A stretch of DNA of 59,923 nucleotides, the filler included. It is 5 parts of 5 records of this genome, joined end to end, with 100 filler letters (N's around TTAATTAATTAA, not from the genome) between each part and the next. Parts side by side here need not be neighbours in the genome. Positions count along the whole stretch, not along the records: positions 53,735 to 59,923 come from SRR22947727_598; 4 more parts are not named here. One strand, 5' to 3'. Within the stretch, counting starts at the first letter, position 1, and each line of letters begins with the position of its first letter. Position numbers and translations under genes: made by a program. The notes beneath the pieces were generated by a model, which was given only the letters and a program-made list of their open reading frames with translations, had not been told where the DNA came from and made no database searches. Positions 58,828 to 59,923 of this stretch are shown piece after piece.

Positions 58828-58965
58828 ATGTCATCAAAAAAAGCAATGAAGTTAGCTCAAAAACAAGCATTTGCTAAACATAGAAGTAATATTACAAGCA
58901 ATAGACCTATTCCAAAAAAAACTAATTTTATAAGTAAGTTAAATAAAAAAAATAAAAAATCTTAA
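58828..58965 (+). CDS. Small highly basic protein, 45 aa (absent from ORF track)
   Basis: MSSKKAMKLAQKQAFAKHRSNITSNRPIPKKTNFISKLNKKNKKS*; stop overlaps that of the convergent gene. Confidence 0.55.
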   Translation: MSSKKAMKLAQKQAFAKHRSNITSNRPIPKKTNFISKLNKKNKKS

Positions 58966-59396
58966 CTTTCTTTAACAAATACCTCAACTTTTTTGCAAGT
59001 AGATATTTTTGATATACCTTCTTCTCCATTAATTACTGTTTTGATATTTATTATTGGACTATCTTTTTTAAACATAAGTTGAGTGTAGAACTGTGGATAG
59101 CCAATTTTATCAGTATAAATTAGATCTGATTCTTCATAAATAAATCTTTCTACTGAACCTTCTTGTTTCACACTTAGATCAGTAGACTTATATCTTTTAA
59201 ATGTCTTATTGTCATATATATAATTTCTAATCATTAATGATTTTTCAAAGTTTAAAATATATTCATTTTTAATAAACCCATCTTTTAGGTTTTTGCAACC
59301 AGTCAAATGCATTATTTCTGAAATAGATACTGATTGAATGCCAATAAAAAAAAATAAAAAATAAATTATTTTAGTTTGTAAACTATTTTTTTTCAT
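58962..59396 (-). CDS. Hypothetical exported protein with two Cys
   Basis: Start moved to MKKNSLQ; hydrophobic N-terminus; LTGCK...STCKK. Confidence 0.7.
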   Translation of the reverse strand: MKKNSLQTKIIYFLFFFIGIQSVSISEIMHLTGCKNLKDGFIKNEYILNFEKSLMIRNYIYDNKTFKRYKSTDLSVKQEGSVERFIYEESDLIYTDKIGYPQFYTQLMFKKDSPIINIKTVINGEEGISKISTCKKVEVFVKES

Positions 59397-59553
59397 ACTT
59401 ATCAGCATGGTGTAGGGCAACAAGTAGAATGGCTGTCCAACCAATACCAATGAAGGCTTTGGGCCCTGTTTCTGCACTCCATAAATCTAGCACTAAAGCA
59501 CCAAATATAAGTCCTGCTATATAAATTATAATAGCTAATGTTGATTTACTCAT
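59383..59553 (-). CDS. Small two-TM protein, 56 aa (absent from ORF track)
   Basis: MSKSTLAIIIYIAGLIFGALVLDLWSAETGPKAFIGIGWTAILLVALHHADKYEKK*; overlaps both neighbours as in an operon. Confidence 0.75.
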   Translation of the reverse strand: MSKSTLAIIIYIAGLIFGALVLDLWSAETGPKAFIGIGWTAILLVALHHADKYEKK

Positions 59554-59797
59554 TATTTAAAACCTTTTTATATAAAGAAATACCATTCTCTATTTTATGT
59601 TTGTATGAATCTTTAAAGCTCTCAAGCTGCCAACCATTAAGTCTTTGTTGAATGTTAATTAAATTATCTTGTTTCCATTGATTAGTAGTACTGTCTAATT
59701 TCCACATTTTTTTTTCTTCGTTGTTTCTACCACAACCGTAACAATACCCTGTTTGAGGATCGGTTTTGCATATACTAATACAGGGTGAAATTATCAT
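59546..59797 (-). CDS. DUF1289 family Cys-rich protein
   Basis: SPCISICK.D..TGYCYGCGR..EE...W. Confidence 0.88.
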   Translation of the reverse strand: MIISPCISICKTDPQTGYCYGCGRNNEEKKMWKLDSTTNQWKQDNLINIQQRLNGWQLESFKDSYKHKIENGISLYKKVLNNE

Positions 59798-59897
59798 TTT
59801 TATAAATTATTACTAAATCACATGATTATTAATATATTTTATAATTATTGTCATTGGACAAATGATATCAATAATATATAAAACCCCACAAGATTGT

Positions 59898-59923
59898 GGG
59901 CGAATGGCGGAATTGGTAGACGC
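59898..59923 (+). tRNA. tRNA-Leu, 5' part (cut by window end; anticodon not visible)
   Basis: GGGCGAA-TG-GCGGAATTGGTAGACGC, acceptor strand plus the D-arm typical of tRNA-Leu. Confidence 0.85.

Noticed and set aside
59397..59477. 5' extension of the 171-aa ORF (MQKQGPK...)
   Set aside because: It overlaps the better-supported 56-aa two-TM ORF in another frame; the signal-like N-terminus begins at 59396

Overview
The window is not one locus. It joins five unrelated contigs with four identical 100-nt artificial linkers (N44-TTAATTAATTAA-N44) at 24946-25045, 38849-38948, 46574-46673 and 53635-53734. Taxon labels are my inference from gene order, protein style and base composition. (1) 1-24945, AT-rich streamlined gammaproteobacterium (SAR86-like): purHD, coq7, an XPB/Rad25-like helicase, trpEGDC, rpe, amgK-murU, lptD-surA-pdxA-rsmA-apaH-cca, folate genes, tsaD, rpsU, rph and the start of pyrE. 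(2) 25046-38848, alphaproteobacterium (SAR116-like): dnaE-rpsB-tsf-pyrH-frr-uppS-cdsA-dxr-rseP-bamA-skp-lpxD. (3) 38949-46573, probably Verrucomicrobia/PVC: nadE, a RodZ-like protein, ftsK, a DUF2064 protein and a stand-alone SecDF-head lipoprotein. (4) 46674-53634, Rhodobacteraceae: a DUF1127-like gene, ttcA, an EAL protein, yidC, a MOSC protein, yihA and argB. (5) 53735-59923, SAR11-like: transporters, an SDR, ybgC, UDG, several unannotated small proteins and the 5' part of a tRNA-Leu. Most of it is housekeeping, and I saw no CRISPR array, transposase or prophage. The best leads are a 27-codon uORF ending in SAPPKL, followed by a C-rich tract and an SD-sequestering hairpin, ahead of the DUF1127-like gene; two interleaved 8-bp stems upstream of nadE; and a helicase translationally coupled to trpC.
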